Shown: positions 42,996 to 53,352 of the stretch, piece by piece | Layout of the letters: each line of letters opens with the position of its first letter | Numbering within the stretch: position 1 is the stretch's first letter | Origin: Candidatus Magasanikbacteria bacterium RIFCSPHIGHO2_01_FULL_33_34 | GTDB lineage: Bacteria; Patescibacteriota; Patescibacteriia; Magasanikbacterales; UBA922 | Reading direction: 5' to 3' | NCBI GenBank assembly: GCA_001782825.1 | Contig: MFPS01000006.1 | Span: forward strand, 84,553 to 148,552 | DNA length: 64,000 nucleotides | Notes under the pieces: model-generated | Database searches by the model: none | Told to the model about the DNA's origin: nothing | Seen by the model: the letters and a program-made list of their open reading frames with translations, nothing else | Made by a program: the position numbers and the translations under genes

Positions 42996-43140
42996 TTGGA
43001 ATATATTTAAGAAAGCACCCCTGGTGCTAGGGGTATATTAGCATAAATTGATATTTTTTTAAAGACCATAGGATTATCCCTAGGGTTGACAAAATCATTT
43101 TTTTTCGCTATATTATAGCAACTTAATTTAAATACAAAAT

Positions 43141-44430
43141 ATGCCACATATACTCAAAAAATTGGATAATTCAGAAATTGAACTTACAATTACCGTCACT
43201 CCCGAAAATTATGAAAAACATCTCCAAAAAGGTGCTCAAAAGCTATCAGAACGTACCACTATAAAAGGTTTTCGCAAAGGTAAAATACCTTTGGCCATAC
43301 TCAAAAAAGAAGTTGGCGAAATGTCCATTCTTCAAGAAGCGCTTGAAGATATTATCAAAGAAACTTTCTATAACGCAGTAATTGAAGAAAAACTAGAAAC
43401 CATTGGTATGCCAAAAATCGATGTAGAAAAACTTGCCCCTGGTAATGATATTGTATACAAAGCATTAGTTGGTCTTATGCCAAAAGTAAAAATTGGCGAC
43501 TTATCAAAAATAAAAATTACAAAAGAAGTTAAAAAAATTGACGATACTCAAATCGCTGAAACACTTGATGCCATTCGTGGGATAAATGCCACAGAAGTGC
43601 TCAAAAATGGACCAGCTATAGGCACTAACAAACTTGTAATAGATATGGATATGACTCTAGACAATGTGCCAATAGAGGGTGGCCAAGCCAAAGATTATCA
43701 AGTTTATCTCAGTGAAGATCACTACGTACCTGGTTTCAACAAAGAAGTTACTGGCCTCAAAAAAGATGATGAAAAAGAATTCACTCTCAACTTTCCGGCT
43801 GAACATTATCAAAAAATGCTAGCTGGCAAAACCGTCAAATTTAAAATTAAAGTAAAAGATGTATTTGAAAGACAACTTCCAGAACTAAATGATGAAATGG
43901 CCAAAAAACTAGGTCAAGAATCAGTTGAAAAATTAAAGGAGGCTCTGAAAAAAAATCTAGAAGATGAAGCAAAGCACAAAGCAGATCAAAAAACAGAAAT
44001 AGAAATGTTAGAAAAAATTGTAGAAGCTTCAGATTTTGACCCAATTCCAACAGTAATAATTGACAGTGAAAGACAAAAAATGTTTTACGAATTAAAATCA
44101 AATCTAGAAAAACATGGAGTTGAAATTAGCCAATACTTATCTGACATAAAGAAAACTGAAAAAGAATTATACGAAGAATTCAAAACTCAAGCAGAAAAAC
44201 GTGCCAAAGCATCTCTAGTATCCAGGCAAATAGCTATTGAACAAAACTTGAAAGTAAATGAAGATGAACTAAATACTGAAATTGAAAATATGAAAGAAGT
44301 TTATAAAAATGAAGCTGAAACTCTAGAGAGATTAAAAGATGCTGGTGTTCGCGATAGTATTGCCACTGCCATTCAAAATAGAAAAGTTATTTCATGGCTC
44401 AAAGAAAAATTATTAGAAGAAAAAAAATAA
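43141..44430 (+). CDS. tig: Trigger factor (ribosome-associated chaperone/PPIase)
   Basis: N-terminal ribosome-binding region GFRKGKIPL. 429 aa, acidic. Confidence 0.9.
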   Translation: MPHILKKLDNSEIELTITVTPENYEKHLQKGAQKLSERTTIKGFRKGKIPLAILKKEVGEMSILQEALEDIIKETFYNAVIEEKLETIGMPKIDVEKLAPGNDIVYKALVGLMPKVKIGDLSKIKITKEVKKIDDTQIAETLDAIRGINATEVLKNGPAIGTNKLVIDMDMTLDNVPIEGGQAKDYQVYLSEDHYVPGFNKEVTGLKKDDEKEFTLNFPAEHYQKMLAGKTVKFKIKVKDVFERQLPELNDEMAKKLGQESVEKLKEALKKNLEDEAKHKADQKTEIEMLEKIVEASDFDPIPTVIIDSERQKMFYELKSNLEKHGVEISQYLSDIKKTEKELYEEFKTQAEKRAKASLVSRQIAIEQNLKVNEDELNTEIENMKEVYKNEAETLERLKDAGVRDSIATAIQNRKVISWLKEKLLEEKK

Positions 44431-44575
44431 AATACTTAAAAAATTCCCAATTAATTGGGAATTTTTTATCCACTATTATCAATTGACTTACTATCAAAAT
44501 CATAATATAGTAATAAACTCTTTAAAAATTGACTATTTTAGTCATACAAAAGAGAATTCAACTGGAGGGAATCAA

Positions 44576-45292
44576 ATGTTGACCACAAATCAAATTGCCG
44601 GCATTTTAGAAAATCCTAATATTTCCCCAAGAGATAAAGAAATCTTACTTCTAATAGGTACCCTACTACACCATGTTGTAAAATTACACACTCACCTAAT
44701 GGAAGAATTCCGGGAACTATTTGAGCTACTATACAAACAAGAAATTCTAAATGATTTTCATGAAATGTGTACTGCCTACAAAAATGGCAAAGATAGAGAG
44801 CTTACCTCTCTTCTTAATATAGTACACAATCAAATTGTAACTTCACAACCAAAGAATAAGAAAAGAATTGAAGAGTTATTTAACCTTTTGAAAGAGCCTT
44901 GTACTTTGTGCTATCTTCACATTGTATTCATCAAATATGATACAGATAACCACAGTATCGATAAAATTGAAAAGGTTCAAACTCTTGTCGAAAACTTGAA
45001 AAATCATATTATAGGTCTACAACCAGAAAAAAAACAAGAAATAACCGCTCTATTTGAACTGCTAAATACCCCAGAAATTTTTATACAGATACACTGTATC
45101 TGTGTTGCTTACAAAGCAGAAAAAGATAAAGAATTGTTAGATCTTATTAAAAAATTACTTTACCATGTAGTAGCTCTACATACTGGCAGAGAAGAAGAAT
45201 TTAGAAACTTATTTGATCTTCTAAATAAACGTCTAATTCTCGACCAATTACACTATTTGTGCAAACATTACAAAGGAGGAAAAGTTGGATGA
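44576..45292 (+). CDS. Hypothetical protein built of four roughly 55-aa repeats, each with conserved His/Cys (start at the Met preceded by a GGAGGG RBS)
   Basis: Repeats of the pattern LLhHVV.LHT...EEFR.LF.LL....IL..LH..C..YK.GKD.EL. The RBS actggagggaatcaa precedes atg at 44576. Confidence 0.5.
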   Translation: MLTTNQIAGILENPNISPRDKEILLLIGTLLHHVVKLHTHLMEEFRELFELLYKQEILNDFHEMCTAYKNGKDRELTSLLNIVHNQIVTSQPKNKKRIEELFNLLKEPCTLCYLHIVFIKYDTDNHSIDKIEKVQTLVENLKNHIIGLQPEKKQEITALFELLNTPEIFIQIHCICVAYKAEKDKELLDLIKKLLYHVVALHTGREEEFRNLFDLLNKRLILDQLHYLCKHYKGGKVG

Positions 45293-45380
45293 AGTTTGAG
45301 TTGTGGCCGTTCATGTTTGTGGACGGCCTTTAAAATTGAATAAAAAAAATATTCTTGATAATATACAATCTATATAAATT

Positions 45381-45611
45381 ATGACAAAAAAAATATCCAT
45401 AAAAATAATACCACGCTCCTCCCAAAATAAAATTGTCGGTGAACTGGAAAATGGTATCTTAAAAATAAAACTAACAGCCGCACCAGTCAATGGAGAAGCC
45501 AATAAAGAACTAATCAAATTTCTTAGCAAAGAATGGAATATACCTAAATCAAAAATAAAAATCGCCCAAGGCGAAACAAGTAGAAACAAAATTATCGAAA
45601 TTATAGATTAA
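45381..45611 (+). CDS. YggU/DUF167-family small protein
   Basis: 76 aa, SQNKIVGELENGILKIKLTAAPVNGEANKELIKFLSK, typical of the DUF167 fold. Confidence 0.55.
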   Translation: MTKKISIKIIPRSSQNKIVGELENGILKIKLTAAPVNGEANKELIKFLSKEWNIPKSKIKIAQGETSRNKIIEIID

Positions 45612-45889
45612 GGTTTATCCTCTCCACCCTTACTCCAAGGATTACACCGAACAATTCTCCAAATAGATTTGGTTACACCTTTAAAAAAGCCATATTTTTT
45701 TATACTCTGCTTTCCATATTCACTACAAGACGGATAAAATCTACAAAATCCTCTTGGATAAATATACTTCCCCCAAAAACTATGGTCCGGTGAAAAAAGC
45801 TTTTGATACAGACCAATAAAAATTACAAAAGGAATTCTAGTATAATAAATAAATTGCTTTAATTTCCTATACAACTCCATATCAAACAA
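45608..45889 (-). CDS. yidD: Membrane protein insertion efficiency factor YidD
   Basis: CRFYPSCSEYGKQSIKKYG...RIVRCNPW matches the YidD signature. Located downstream of rnpA. Confidence 0.8.
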   Translation of the reverse strand: MFDMELYRKLKQFIYYTRIPFVIFIGLYQKLFSPDHSFWGKYIYPRGFCRFYPSCSEYGKQSIKKYGFFKGVTKSIWRIVRCNPWSKGGEDKP

Positions 45890-46259
45890 GTAATTTGGCT
45901 TTTTTCAAAATATTCATAATTCCTTTTTCTATCTTTTCATATTCAACTCCAAGTGCAATTGGTTTGGCAATTATTGCGATCATAAAACCTTTTTTAAATT
46001 CTTTATTTTTGAGCGCAATTCTCACCACTTCACGCATTTGTCGTTTCAATCTATTTCTTTTAACGGCACTTTTACTGACTTTAAGTCCAACCACAAAACC
46101 AATTTTTAAATCTTCTACATTATAATTTCTTTTTGGATATTTTTCTATATTAGTTTTCCAAACCTTGGCTGAAAATAATTCATCATTAATAAAATAACCT
46201 TCTTTAAAAAGAATTTCAAAATCTTTCATTTTTGTTAATCTATATTCTTTTGGCAACAT
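45882..46259 (-). CDS. rnpA: Ribonuclease P protein component
   Basis: Basic 125-aa protein with VSKSAVKRNRLKRQMRE (the RNR motif) between rpmH and yidD. Confidence 0.85.
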   Translation of the reverse strand: MLPKEYRLTKMKDFEILFKEGYFINDELFSAKVWKTNIEKYPKRNYNVEDLKIGFVVGLKVSKSAVKRNRLKRQMREVVRIALKNKEFKKGFMIAIIAKPIALGVEYEKIEKGIMNILKKAKLLV

Positions 46260-46387
46260 AGTTTAGCAGATTAAGCAGAGTAAGCAGATTAGGTTTAATA
46301 AGTTAACTACTTATTACTTGCTTTGCCCAATCTGCTTGCGTTGCTGTTCTATTATACCAAAAAAGTTCCATTTTGCGGAACTTTTGG

Positions 46388-46564
46388 TTATCTTGTCTTC
46401 TTTGATCTTTTGCCAGTCTTTTCATCGCTGACAGTTAATTTTGCTCTGCCTTTTGCGCGACGTCTTTTCAAAAGATTTCTTCCATCTTTAGTTTCCATTT
46501 TGGAACGGAAACCATGAGACTTTGCTCGTTTGCGCTTATTAGGCTGATAGGTTCTTTTTGGCAT
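46388..46564 (-). CDS. rpmH: 50S ribosomal protein L34 (not in the ORF track; found by manual translation)
   Basis: Minus-strand translation [45 protein letters not shown]... matches the L34 consensus MKRTYQPS.RKR...HGFR.RM.T..GR.VL..RR.KGR. Classic position upstream of rnpA and divergent from dnaA. Confidence 0.85.
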   Translation of the reverse strand: MPKRTYQPNKRKRAKSHGFRSKMETKDGRNLLKRRRAKGRAKLTVSDEKTGKRSKKTR

Positions 46565-46738
46565 AATATATATTCAAAATTTGTGTTCGAAGTATACAAC
46601 AAGTAATTATTTTTGTCAACAACTCATACAATTATATTCAAACCCAAGCTCATTATTTAAAATATTTAAAACATATATTTAAATATATTTTTGTCAAAAA
46701 TCCAAAAAATACCTTATTTTAGAGAAAAATATCATTGG

Positions 46739-46767
46739 TTATCCACATTATCCCCAACTTATCCCCA
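46739..46767 (+). promoter_or_regulatory. Cluster of three tandem DnaA boxes upstream of dnaA (TTATCCACA, TTATCCCCA, TTATCCCCA)
   Basis: 9-mers read directly at 46739-47, 46748-56 and 46759-67, in the AT-rich rpmH-dnaA spacer. Confidence 0.6.
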
Positions 46768-46898
46768 TATTACTAACTTTTTGGCTATTTTAAGCCATTT
46801 TTTGTTTTAGTGAACTGTGCTAAAATGAATTTATTCGTTCTATTTGAAGGAAATTTTCCCTTTTTTAGGCTATTTTACATAAATTTTAAGTAAATATT

Positions 46899-48281
46899 AT
46901 GACAAACAATGAAGTTTGGCAAGCTGTACTGGCTGAATTTGAACTAAAAGTCTCAAAAGCTAATTTTACCACTTGGTTTCATAATACTGGGGTTGCAAAT
47001 TTTGATGATGGTCATGCAGTGATCTGTGTTCCTAATGCCTTTACCAAAAGTTGGATGGAAAAAAAATACAATTCTGACATTATCAAATCACTTGAACGTG
47101 TTACAGGCAAACCAGTCAAAAAAATAGAATATCGGGTAGAAAATGTTAAAAGTATTGAAGAATATGAATGTACTTCCAAAACCAATCCAACCATTTCTAC
47201 CATAAAAACACCAATATACTCACCAAAACCAGCCCAAATGATTAGTCAGTTTGGCCTAAACCCAAAACATACTTTTGAGTCTTTTGTAGTAGGCAAAGGA
47301 AATGAGCTAGCCCACGCCGCCGCCCAAGCTGTAGCAGAAAAACCAGGAGAAGCCTACAACCCGCTCTTTATATACGGTGGAGTTGGACTAGGTAAAACTC
47401 ACCTTTTACAGGCTGTAGGCAATACTATGCTCAAAAATAACCCTACTTTAAAGATTTTGTATGTTAGTTCTGAAAAATTCACAAATGAATTTGTTTCGGC
47501 TGTAAAAGAAGGTCGAGCAAAGGAATTTAAAGAAAGATATAGAGGGGTTGATCTACTTTTAATTGACGACATACAATTTATTGGTGGAAAAGAGCAAACC
47601 CAAGAAGAATTTTTCCACACTTTCAACGAATTGCACCAACAGGGCAAACAGGTTGTCCTTACCAGTGATAGACCACCAAAAGCTATTCCTTCTCTAGAAG
47701 ACAGACTACGTAGTCGTTTTGAATGGGGAATGATTGTAGACATTTCTCCACCTGACTTTGAAACTAGAGTGGCGATTTTACAAACCAAGTGCCAAGAAAA
47801 GAATTTTGTTCTAGACACCCCCTTGATCCAAATTATTGCCGAAGCAATTCAAAGCAATATTCGTGAATTAGAGGGAGCGCTAAACAAAATGATTGCTTAT
47901 CACCAACTTAAAAATCTATCTCCTGATAAAGACTCAGTTAAATCAGTTTTAGCAACCTTTGATACCAAGAGCATAAAAAAGACAAAAACCCCAAGAGAGA
48001 TTATTTCAGAAATTTCTGAATTTTATGGTGTTATGATTGATGATATTATGGGAAAAAGCCGAGAAAAGCGCTTATCTTTTCCAAGACAAATAATAATGTA
48101 TATTCTTAGACATGAACTTAAAATGTCCTACCCAGCAATCGGAGCCGAACTTGGTGGTAGAGACCACACTACCGCTATGCACGCTCACACAAAAATAAGC
48201 ACTGAACTTGAAAAAGATTTAAAGCTAAAACAAGAATATGAATCTATTAAACATAAGCTTTATGAAGAAAGAAGTGTATAA
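46899..48281 (+). CDS. dnaA: Chromosomal replication initiator DnaA
   Basis: N-terminal domain, AAA+ GGVGLGKTHLLQAVGN, DDIQF, and C-terminal DNA-binding helix-turn-helix motifs. Confidence 0.95.
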   Translation: MTNNEVWQAVLAEFELKVSKANFTTWFHNTGVANFDDGHAVICVPNAFTKSWMEKKYNSDIIKSLERVTGKPVKKIEYRVENVKSIEEYECTSKTNPTISTIKTPIYSPKPAQMISQFGLNPKHTFESFVVGKGNELAHAAAQAVAEKPGEAYNPLFIYGGVGLGKTHLLQAVGNTMLKNNPTLKILYVSSEKFTNEFVSAVKEGRAKEFKERYRGVDLLLIDDIQFIGGKEQTQEEFFHTFNELHQQGKQVVLTSDRPPKAIPSLEDRLRSRFEWGMIVDISPPDFETRVAILQTKCQEKNFVLDTPLIQIIAEAIQSNIRELEGALNKMIAYHQLKNLSPDKDSVKSVLATFDTKSIKKTKTPREIISEISEFYGVMIDDIMGKSREKRLSFPRQIIMYILRHELKMSYPAIGAELGGRDHTTAMHAHTKISTELEKDLKLKQEYESIKHKLYEERSV

Positions 48282-48295
48282 TTATTTATATATCT

Positions 48296-48481
48296 TGTTA
48301 ATAACTTATGTATAAATAGTTAACAACTATAAAAAATAATGTTAATAACTACAATATTATCCACAGCAAAATTATCATATTAAAAATATTAACAGTTAGA
48401 CAACATTTCATACACCACACAAAAGTGTATAAAAAAAATTATTTTTTAACTAAACAAAGCCCTAAATAATTCTTATCAACA
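48296..48481 (+). promoter_or_regulatory. DnaA boxes and AT-rich repeats in the dnaA-dnaN spacer (candidate oriC / DUE-proximal part)
   Basis: Perfect TTATCCACA at 48357-65. TTATCAACA at 48473-81. Repeated tgttaataact 11-mers at about 48296 and 48340, plus a very AT-rich tract before dnaN. Confidence 0.5.
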
Positions 48482-48566
48482 CCGTCCACAGCTCTACTAT
48501 AACAATAGATTAAATATATAAAATAAACCTTTTAATTTAAATTATGGATGTGTATATATTGATTAT

Positions 48567-49688
48567 ATGAAATTTACTTGTACAAAAGAAAATATAAATA
48601 AAGTATTAAATCTTACTTGTCCATTAGCTAGTAGGCAAGGTCATTTACCAATACTTATGAATATAATGATAAATGCGGTTGATACTGGAGTAGAAATAAT
48701 AGCAACAAATTTAGAAATTGCTGTTAAAACAAATTTACGAGCAAAGGTAGATGAGAAAGGAACCTTTACGGTACCGGCCAAAACATTGCTTGATTATATT
48801 AATCTTTTGCCCGATTCACAAATAGATTTTTTGTTGGAAAACAATGAATTGGTTGTAAAATGTGTTGGGTCTAGCACAAAAATAAAAGGATCTCCATCAG
48901 AAGAATTTCCGGTTGTACCAGAAATTGATGAAAAAAATGTATATACCATATCAGTAAATAAATTTAAAGATGGACTATCAAAAACAATAATTGCTGTGGC
49001 AAAGAATGAAATTAGACCAGAGTTATCTGGAATATATATGAACTTTTTTGGTTCACGATATAAAGGCCTTGTATTGGCCTCCACAGACTCATACAGGCTG
49101 GCAGAGGCAAAAGTTGATATAGAGCAAGGTGAAACTGAGATACAAGCAATTGTGCCAGCAAGAACAGTTTATGAAATTATTAGATTATTAGGCTTGTCAA
49201 AAGAAATGGAATCAGAAACAAATGTAAGAGTTTGGGTTAGTGAAAATCAAATTGCTATTCGATACAATGGTTTTGAAATGACATCTAGGCTTGTTGAAGG
49301 TAATTATCCTGATTATACTCAAATTATTCCAGAAAATTTTAAAACAATAGCTATATTTCCAACAGATGTAATGATCAAAAAAATCAAAGCAGCTAGTTTG
49401 TTTACATCTGTGGGGGTAAATGCAGTTTCATTTGATTTAAGTGTAGAAAGTAAGACTATGGCAGTATCATCAACTAATGCGCAAACAGGTGAGCATAATT
49501 CAGAAGTTGATGCGGATATAACTGGGGAAGAAAATTCAATATTGTTAAATCATCGGTATGTGCTAGACGGTCTGCAACAAATTGGTGAAAATGTTGAATT
49601 TGGGGTAAACAGTTCTGATTCACCATGTGTTTTCAAAGAAAAAGGAAAGAGTGATTATTTGTATATTGTCATGCCAATAAGACAATAA
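48567..49688 (+). CDS. dnaN: DNA polymerase III beta sliding clamp
   Basis: MKFTCTKENINKVLNLT start, three-domain length (373 aa), and position after dnaA. Confidence 0.9.
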   Translation: MKFTCTKENINKVLNLTCPLASRQGHLPILMNIMINAVDTGVEIIATNLEIAVKTNLRAKVDEKGTFTVPAKTLLDYINLLPDSQIDFLLENNELVVKCVGSSTKIKGSPSEEFPVVPEIDEKNVYTISVNKFKDGLSKTIIAVAKNEIRPELSGIYMNFFGSRYKGLVLASTDSYRLAEAKVDIEQGETEIQAIVPARTVYEIIRLLGLSKEMESETNVRVWVSENQIAIRYNGFEMTSRLVEGNYPDYTQIIPENFKTIAIFPTDVMIKKIKAASLFTSVGVNAVSFDLSVESKTMAVSSTNAQTGEHNSEVDADITGEENSILLNHRYVLDGLQQIGENVEFGVNSSDSPCVFKEKGKSDYLYIVMPIRQ

Positions 49689-49710
49689 AGTTAAATTTTA
49701 AAATAATACG

Positions 49711-49745
49711 AATATTTTTGTATTATTTTTTTATTTTAAAACCGC
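49711..49745 (+). terminator. Rho-independent terminator after dnaN
   Basis: aaataatac / gtattattt stem followed by tttttattttaaa. Confidence 0.6.
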
Positions 49746-49794
49746 GTAGGAAATTTTTATCCAAACGCGGTAAAATGGTTTTGCATCGCGATTC

Positions 49795-50016
49795 TTAATG
49801 ACGAGGTTTTTTTTGTAACAATTTTTGTAAGAGTATATATTGTCTAAGATAGTTTTCTGTTACTTGGATTTCTGGATTTTTACCAAATTTAATATAAAAT
49901 TCTCCATTTTTGTCTATAATTTTAAACTTACGAACAGTGTTAAGAGCGGTTTGACCGTCTATCATAGAATCATCGATGACTAATACAGGATGATTTAAAT
50001 TGTACGCAATGCGCAT
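49795..50016 (-). CDS. Hypothetical small protein
   Basis: 73-aa ORF. No motif recognised. Confidence 0.3.
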   Translation of the reverse strand: MRIAYNLNHPVLVIDDSMIDGQTALNTVRKFKIIDKNGEFYIKFGKNPEIQVTENYLRQYILLQKLLQKKPRH

Positions 50017-50089
50017 TTAATCCTCCATGTTAAAGATTTTACTATAAAAATCGTAACATGGTAAGGATATTGTGTCAAAGTTTTTTTAT

Positions 50090-53000
50090 TTAATTAATGG
50101 TAACAGTTGTTTTTCCACCCTCAATTCGTGTATTGTTTTTTAGAATAATTTCAGTTGTTAATAAATAAACTCCGGTATCAGGTTTGTTATTCCAATTAAA
50201 AACTAATTGATTATTAAAAATATTGGAAAAATCTGTAATTGATTGCATGACTTTTCTGTTTTCATTATTTTTTTCAACATAAATTAAAATTTCTTTAATT
50301 TCTTCTAATTTAAATGGGTTTAAGAAAAGCACCCGAGGAAAATCATTTTGACTTAATGTTTGATTTTGTTGTGGCCAAGAAACATTAGGTGGTTCAACAC
50401 CCGCCTTTAAGGTAAACGGAATACTTTGTTGCAGTTGGTTACCAACATCATCTTCAACTATTATGTGCAGAGTATGATCACCATTTTCTAATGTCCGTGC
50501 ATAATAGTTTAAATTGAAAGGATGTTGACTGATTGTACCAACAAATTTTTCATCTATTTTGTATTGTACTTTAGTGACCCCACGTGGTGCAGATACACGG
50601 ATATCAGTATCAATTTGTCTTGAGAATAAAGTAGTGCTTGGGGTTGGAAAAACAACATTTAAGCTTGGTATTAATTCTAAGGAATGAATATCGTCATATT
50701 CACTTGGTGGCTCATCAAAGACGACTTCCCAATTAGGGTTTTCTTCTTTGTTTCTGGTTATCCAGTCTTGTATAGCGTTTTCCCATACTGTATATTGCTG
50801 ATCTATTGTTGGGTCAATCGGTATTGGACCTCTAGGATCATCTTTGTCAACATAGTGTAAAATGGAGTGTGGCGGAACATACGTGCGCTCAACTATATAT
50901 GATTGAGGGGTTGAACTAGATGCAAGTTTGTTGGTAACCTTGTCTACTAATAGTGTTATTCCAGAGCCATTTGATCCGCGTAAAACTGGTTTTTCAGCAT
51001 CGTTTGCTGGTGGATTTGGGAATTCTTCAGCCTTGGTTTCAGCAAGGGACTCTCGCATAAATCTATTCCAAATTGGCGCCGCTACTTTGCTTCCGCCGTA
51101 ACCTTTTTTCATAGGTGTATTATTGGTGTTACCAACCCAGACTCCAGTTACTAAACTTGGAGTATACCCGATTGTCCATGCATCAACATATGCATTGGTA
51201 GTTCCAGTTTTGACAGCAACAGGTCTGTCTGGGAGTGTGAGAATTCCACCAGCCCCAAATGCAAAAGCTCTGGATTCATCATCGCTTAATACATTAGAAA
51301 TAGTTGCAGCAATTTCTTCTTCAAGCACTTTTTCGCCTTTACTTTTTTTCCACTCATAAATAACTTCTCCATTATGGTCTTCCACTTTTAAAATACTTTC
51401 TGGTATTTGACGTATACCTTCATTTGCAAATATGCCATAAGCACTGACATGGTCAATCAATTTAACTTCACCACCACCTAAAACAAGAGATAATCCAAAG
51501 TCGCCTTCGCCAAGGGTTGTATAGCCAAGACGTTCAGCAAAATCCACGCCTTTTTGCGCGCCAACTAAATAAAGTGTTTTAACAGCAGGGATATTTAATG
51601 ATCCTTGTAAGGCTTTGCGCATAGTAACTAGGCCATGCTCTTCAAGATCATAGTTTTTTGGTGCATAATCATCTCCAGATATCGCAAAATTGGTTTCAAC
51701 ATCAAATAAAACTGTCCCCGGTGTGTAACCTTTTTCAAAAGCAGCGGTATAAATTATTGGCTTGAACGATGATCCTGGTTGGCGTTTTCCAAGAGTTGCG
51801 ACATTAAATTGACCATCAATTTCATCATCAAAGAAATCTCGTGAACCTACCATTGCTAAAATATGACCGGTTTTTGGATCAATTGCTACTAGTGAAGCAT
51901 TATTTGCGTTTGCTTCTTCAAAATATTTTTCACTTTCTTCTTTTATTACGGTTTCAGCAATTTGTTGTTTGTCCCAATCAAGAGATGTGATTACTTTGAG
52001 TCCACCAGTGTCAACTATTTGTTCTCCATAGGTTTCTACTAATTTTTCTTTAACATACAAAACAAAATGAGGCGCTTTGATAGAGCCAAAATCTTGAGCC
52101 AAGTTAATTTCCATTGCTTGGTTTTCATCCGCTTCTTCTCGGGTTATATAATTTTCTTCAAACATTCTTTCTAGTACAAAATTGCGACGCAATTTTAATG
52201 CATAGTGGTCGGTTAAATATTTGGAAGGAGCTTTTGGCATCCCTGCTAAAATAGCAATTTCGTTTAAGGTTAGTTCAGAAACAGTTTTGTTAAAATAACT
52301 TTGAGAAGCAGACTCAATTCCATAATTGGTTGAGCCATAAGGTATTTCATTAAAATAGATTTTTAGAATTTGATCTTTGGAATATTTTTGCTCTAATCTG
52401 ATTGAGAGAATAATTTCTTTGATTTTTCTAGTATAGGTTCTTTCATTGGTTAGAATGGCATTTTTTACAAGTTGTTGAGTGAGAGTGGATGCGCCAGCAC
52501 CTAATCTGCTTTTACCAATAACTCCATAAACAACTGATCGAAAAATACTAAGAGGACGGATTCCTTTATGTTCATAAAAAGCCGTATCTTCTGTAGCAAT
52601 CACCGCTTTTATAAGTAAATCAGGTATTTGATCCAAGTTGACCATAGTTCTTTTTTCATCGGCGAAAATTTCATAAAGTAGGTGCTCACCGGTATTATCA
52701 TATATTTTGGTACTTTCAGCTATTTGGCGGTCGGTTAGTCTGTCTGGATCAGGCAGATCTCGGCTTACCCAGGCTATCAAGATCGTCATACCAAGCATAC
52801 CAAATATAGAAAGAGAAACAAATAATATAATAATTTTACGCCTAAACTCTTTTTTTGTTTCTTCAGCCATATGTGGACGTTTTTTCCATAAACTAAAAAA
52901 ACCAACTAAAATCCACCAGATTAGTTTAAATGGTGATGAAATAAGCAAGATTAGAATATTTTGATTAGCAGACTTATTTTTTTTATCCTTGGAATCTTTC

Positions 53001-53092
53001 TTTTTTGGTTTTTCTCCATGAGAAATGGTTTTTCTTTCTGGTTCATCGCTTATATAGCCGTAAGTTCTTCTTTTGAGTGGCGGAATTGGCAT
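50090..53092 (-). CDS. ponA: Class A penicillin-binding protein (bifunctional transglycosylase/transpeptidase, PBP1A-type) with a roughly 300-aa C-terminal extension
   Basis: N-terminal TM. GT51 motifs (ATEDTAFYEHKGI, RLEQKYSKDQILKIYFN). TP motifs SSFKP, SLN and KTGTT. 1000 aa. Confidence 0.9.
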   Translation of the reverse strand: MPIPPLKRRTYGYISDEPERKTISHGEKPKKKDSKDKKNKSANQNILILLISSPFKLIWWILVGFFSLWKKRPHMAEETKKEFRRKIIILFVSLSIFGMLGMTILIAWVSRDLPDPDRLTDRQIAESTKIYDNTGEHLLYEIFADEKRTMVNLDQIPDLLIKAVIATEDTAFYEHKGIRPLSIFRSVVYGVIGKSRLGAGASTLTQQLVKNAILTNERTYTRKIKEIILSIRLEQKYSKDQILKIYFNEIPYGSTNYGIESASQSYFNKTVSELTLNEIAILAGMPKAPSKYLTDHYALKLRRNFVLERMFEENYITREEADENQAMEINLAQDFGSIKAPHFVLYVKEKLVETYGEQIVDTGGLKVITSLDWDKQQIAETVIKEESEKYFEEANANNASLVAIDPKTGHILAMVGSRDFFDDEIDGQFNVATLGKRQPGSSFKPIIYTAAFEKGYTPGTVLFDVETNFAISGDDYAPKNYDLEEHGLVTMRKALQGSLNIPAVKTLYLVGAQKGVDFAERLGYTTLGEGDFGLSLVLGGGEVKLIDHVSAYGIFANEGIRQIPESILKVEDHNGEVIYEWKKSKGEKVLEEEIAATISNVLSDDESRAFAFGAGGILTLPDRPVAVKTGTTNAYVDAWTIGYTPSLVTGVWVGNTNNTPMKKGYGGSKVAAPIWNRFMRESLAETKAEEFPNPPANDAEKPVLRGSNGSGITLLVDKVTNKLASSSTPQSYIVERTYVPPHSILHYVDKDDPRGPIPIDPTIDQQYTVWENAIQDWITRNKEENPNWEVVFDEPPSEYDDIHSLELIPSLNVVFPTPSTTLFSRQIDTDIRVSAPRGVTKVQYKIDEKFVGTISQHPFNLNYYARTLENGDHTLHIIVEDDVGNQLQQSIPFTLKAGVEPPNVSWPQQNQTLSQNDFPRVLFLNPFKLEEIKEILIYVEKNNENRKVMQSITDFSNIFNNQLVFNWNNKPDTGVYLLTTEIILKNNTRIEGGKTTVTIN

Positions 53093-53323
53093 AAAATTTT
53101 ATCGTTTAAAGACCATTTTATAATTGATATTTTATCATAATTAAGGTTTTTTTTAAATGTTATTTAAATTAATTTTATTTTAAATATAAGTATAGATTTT
53201 GTTGACATGAATTAAATAACGTAGTATTTTTTATGTGGCAAGTTATAATTGCATAAAGCGATTTACTACTTGCCATTGGTGGCGTCTCGGACTGGTTTCG
53301 AGACGCCACCCTTATATTTAAGA

Positions 53324-53352
53324 TTGACAAAGTAGTCATAATATGCTATAAT
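53324..53352 (+). promoter_or_regulatory. Consensus sigma70 promoter (TTGACA-17-TATAAT) driving the 3D-domain gene. Its leader has a perfect 16-bp palindrome CCTAGTATATACTAGG plus a U-tract.
   Basis: ttgaca at 53324-29, a 17-nt spacer, then tataat at 53347-52. The palindrome is at about 53390-53405, followed by attttatt. Confidence 0.6.

Noticed and set aside
46323-46517. Plus-strand 64-aa ORF
   Set aside because: Lies antisense to a clear rpmH (L34) coding sequence on the minus strand; the L34 translation is highly conserved, so the plus-strand ORF is spurious.
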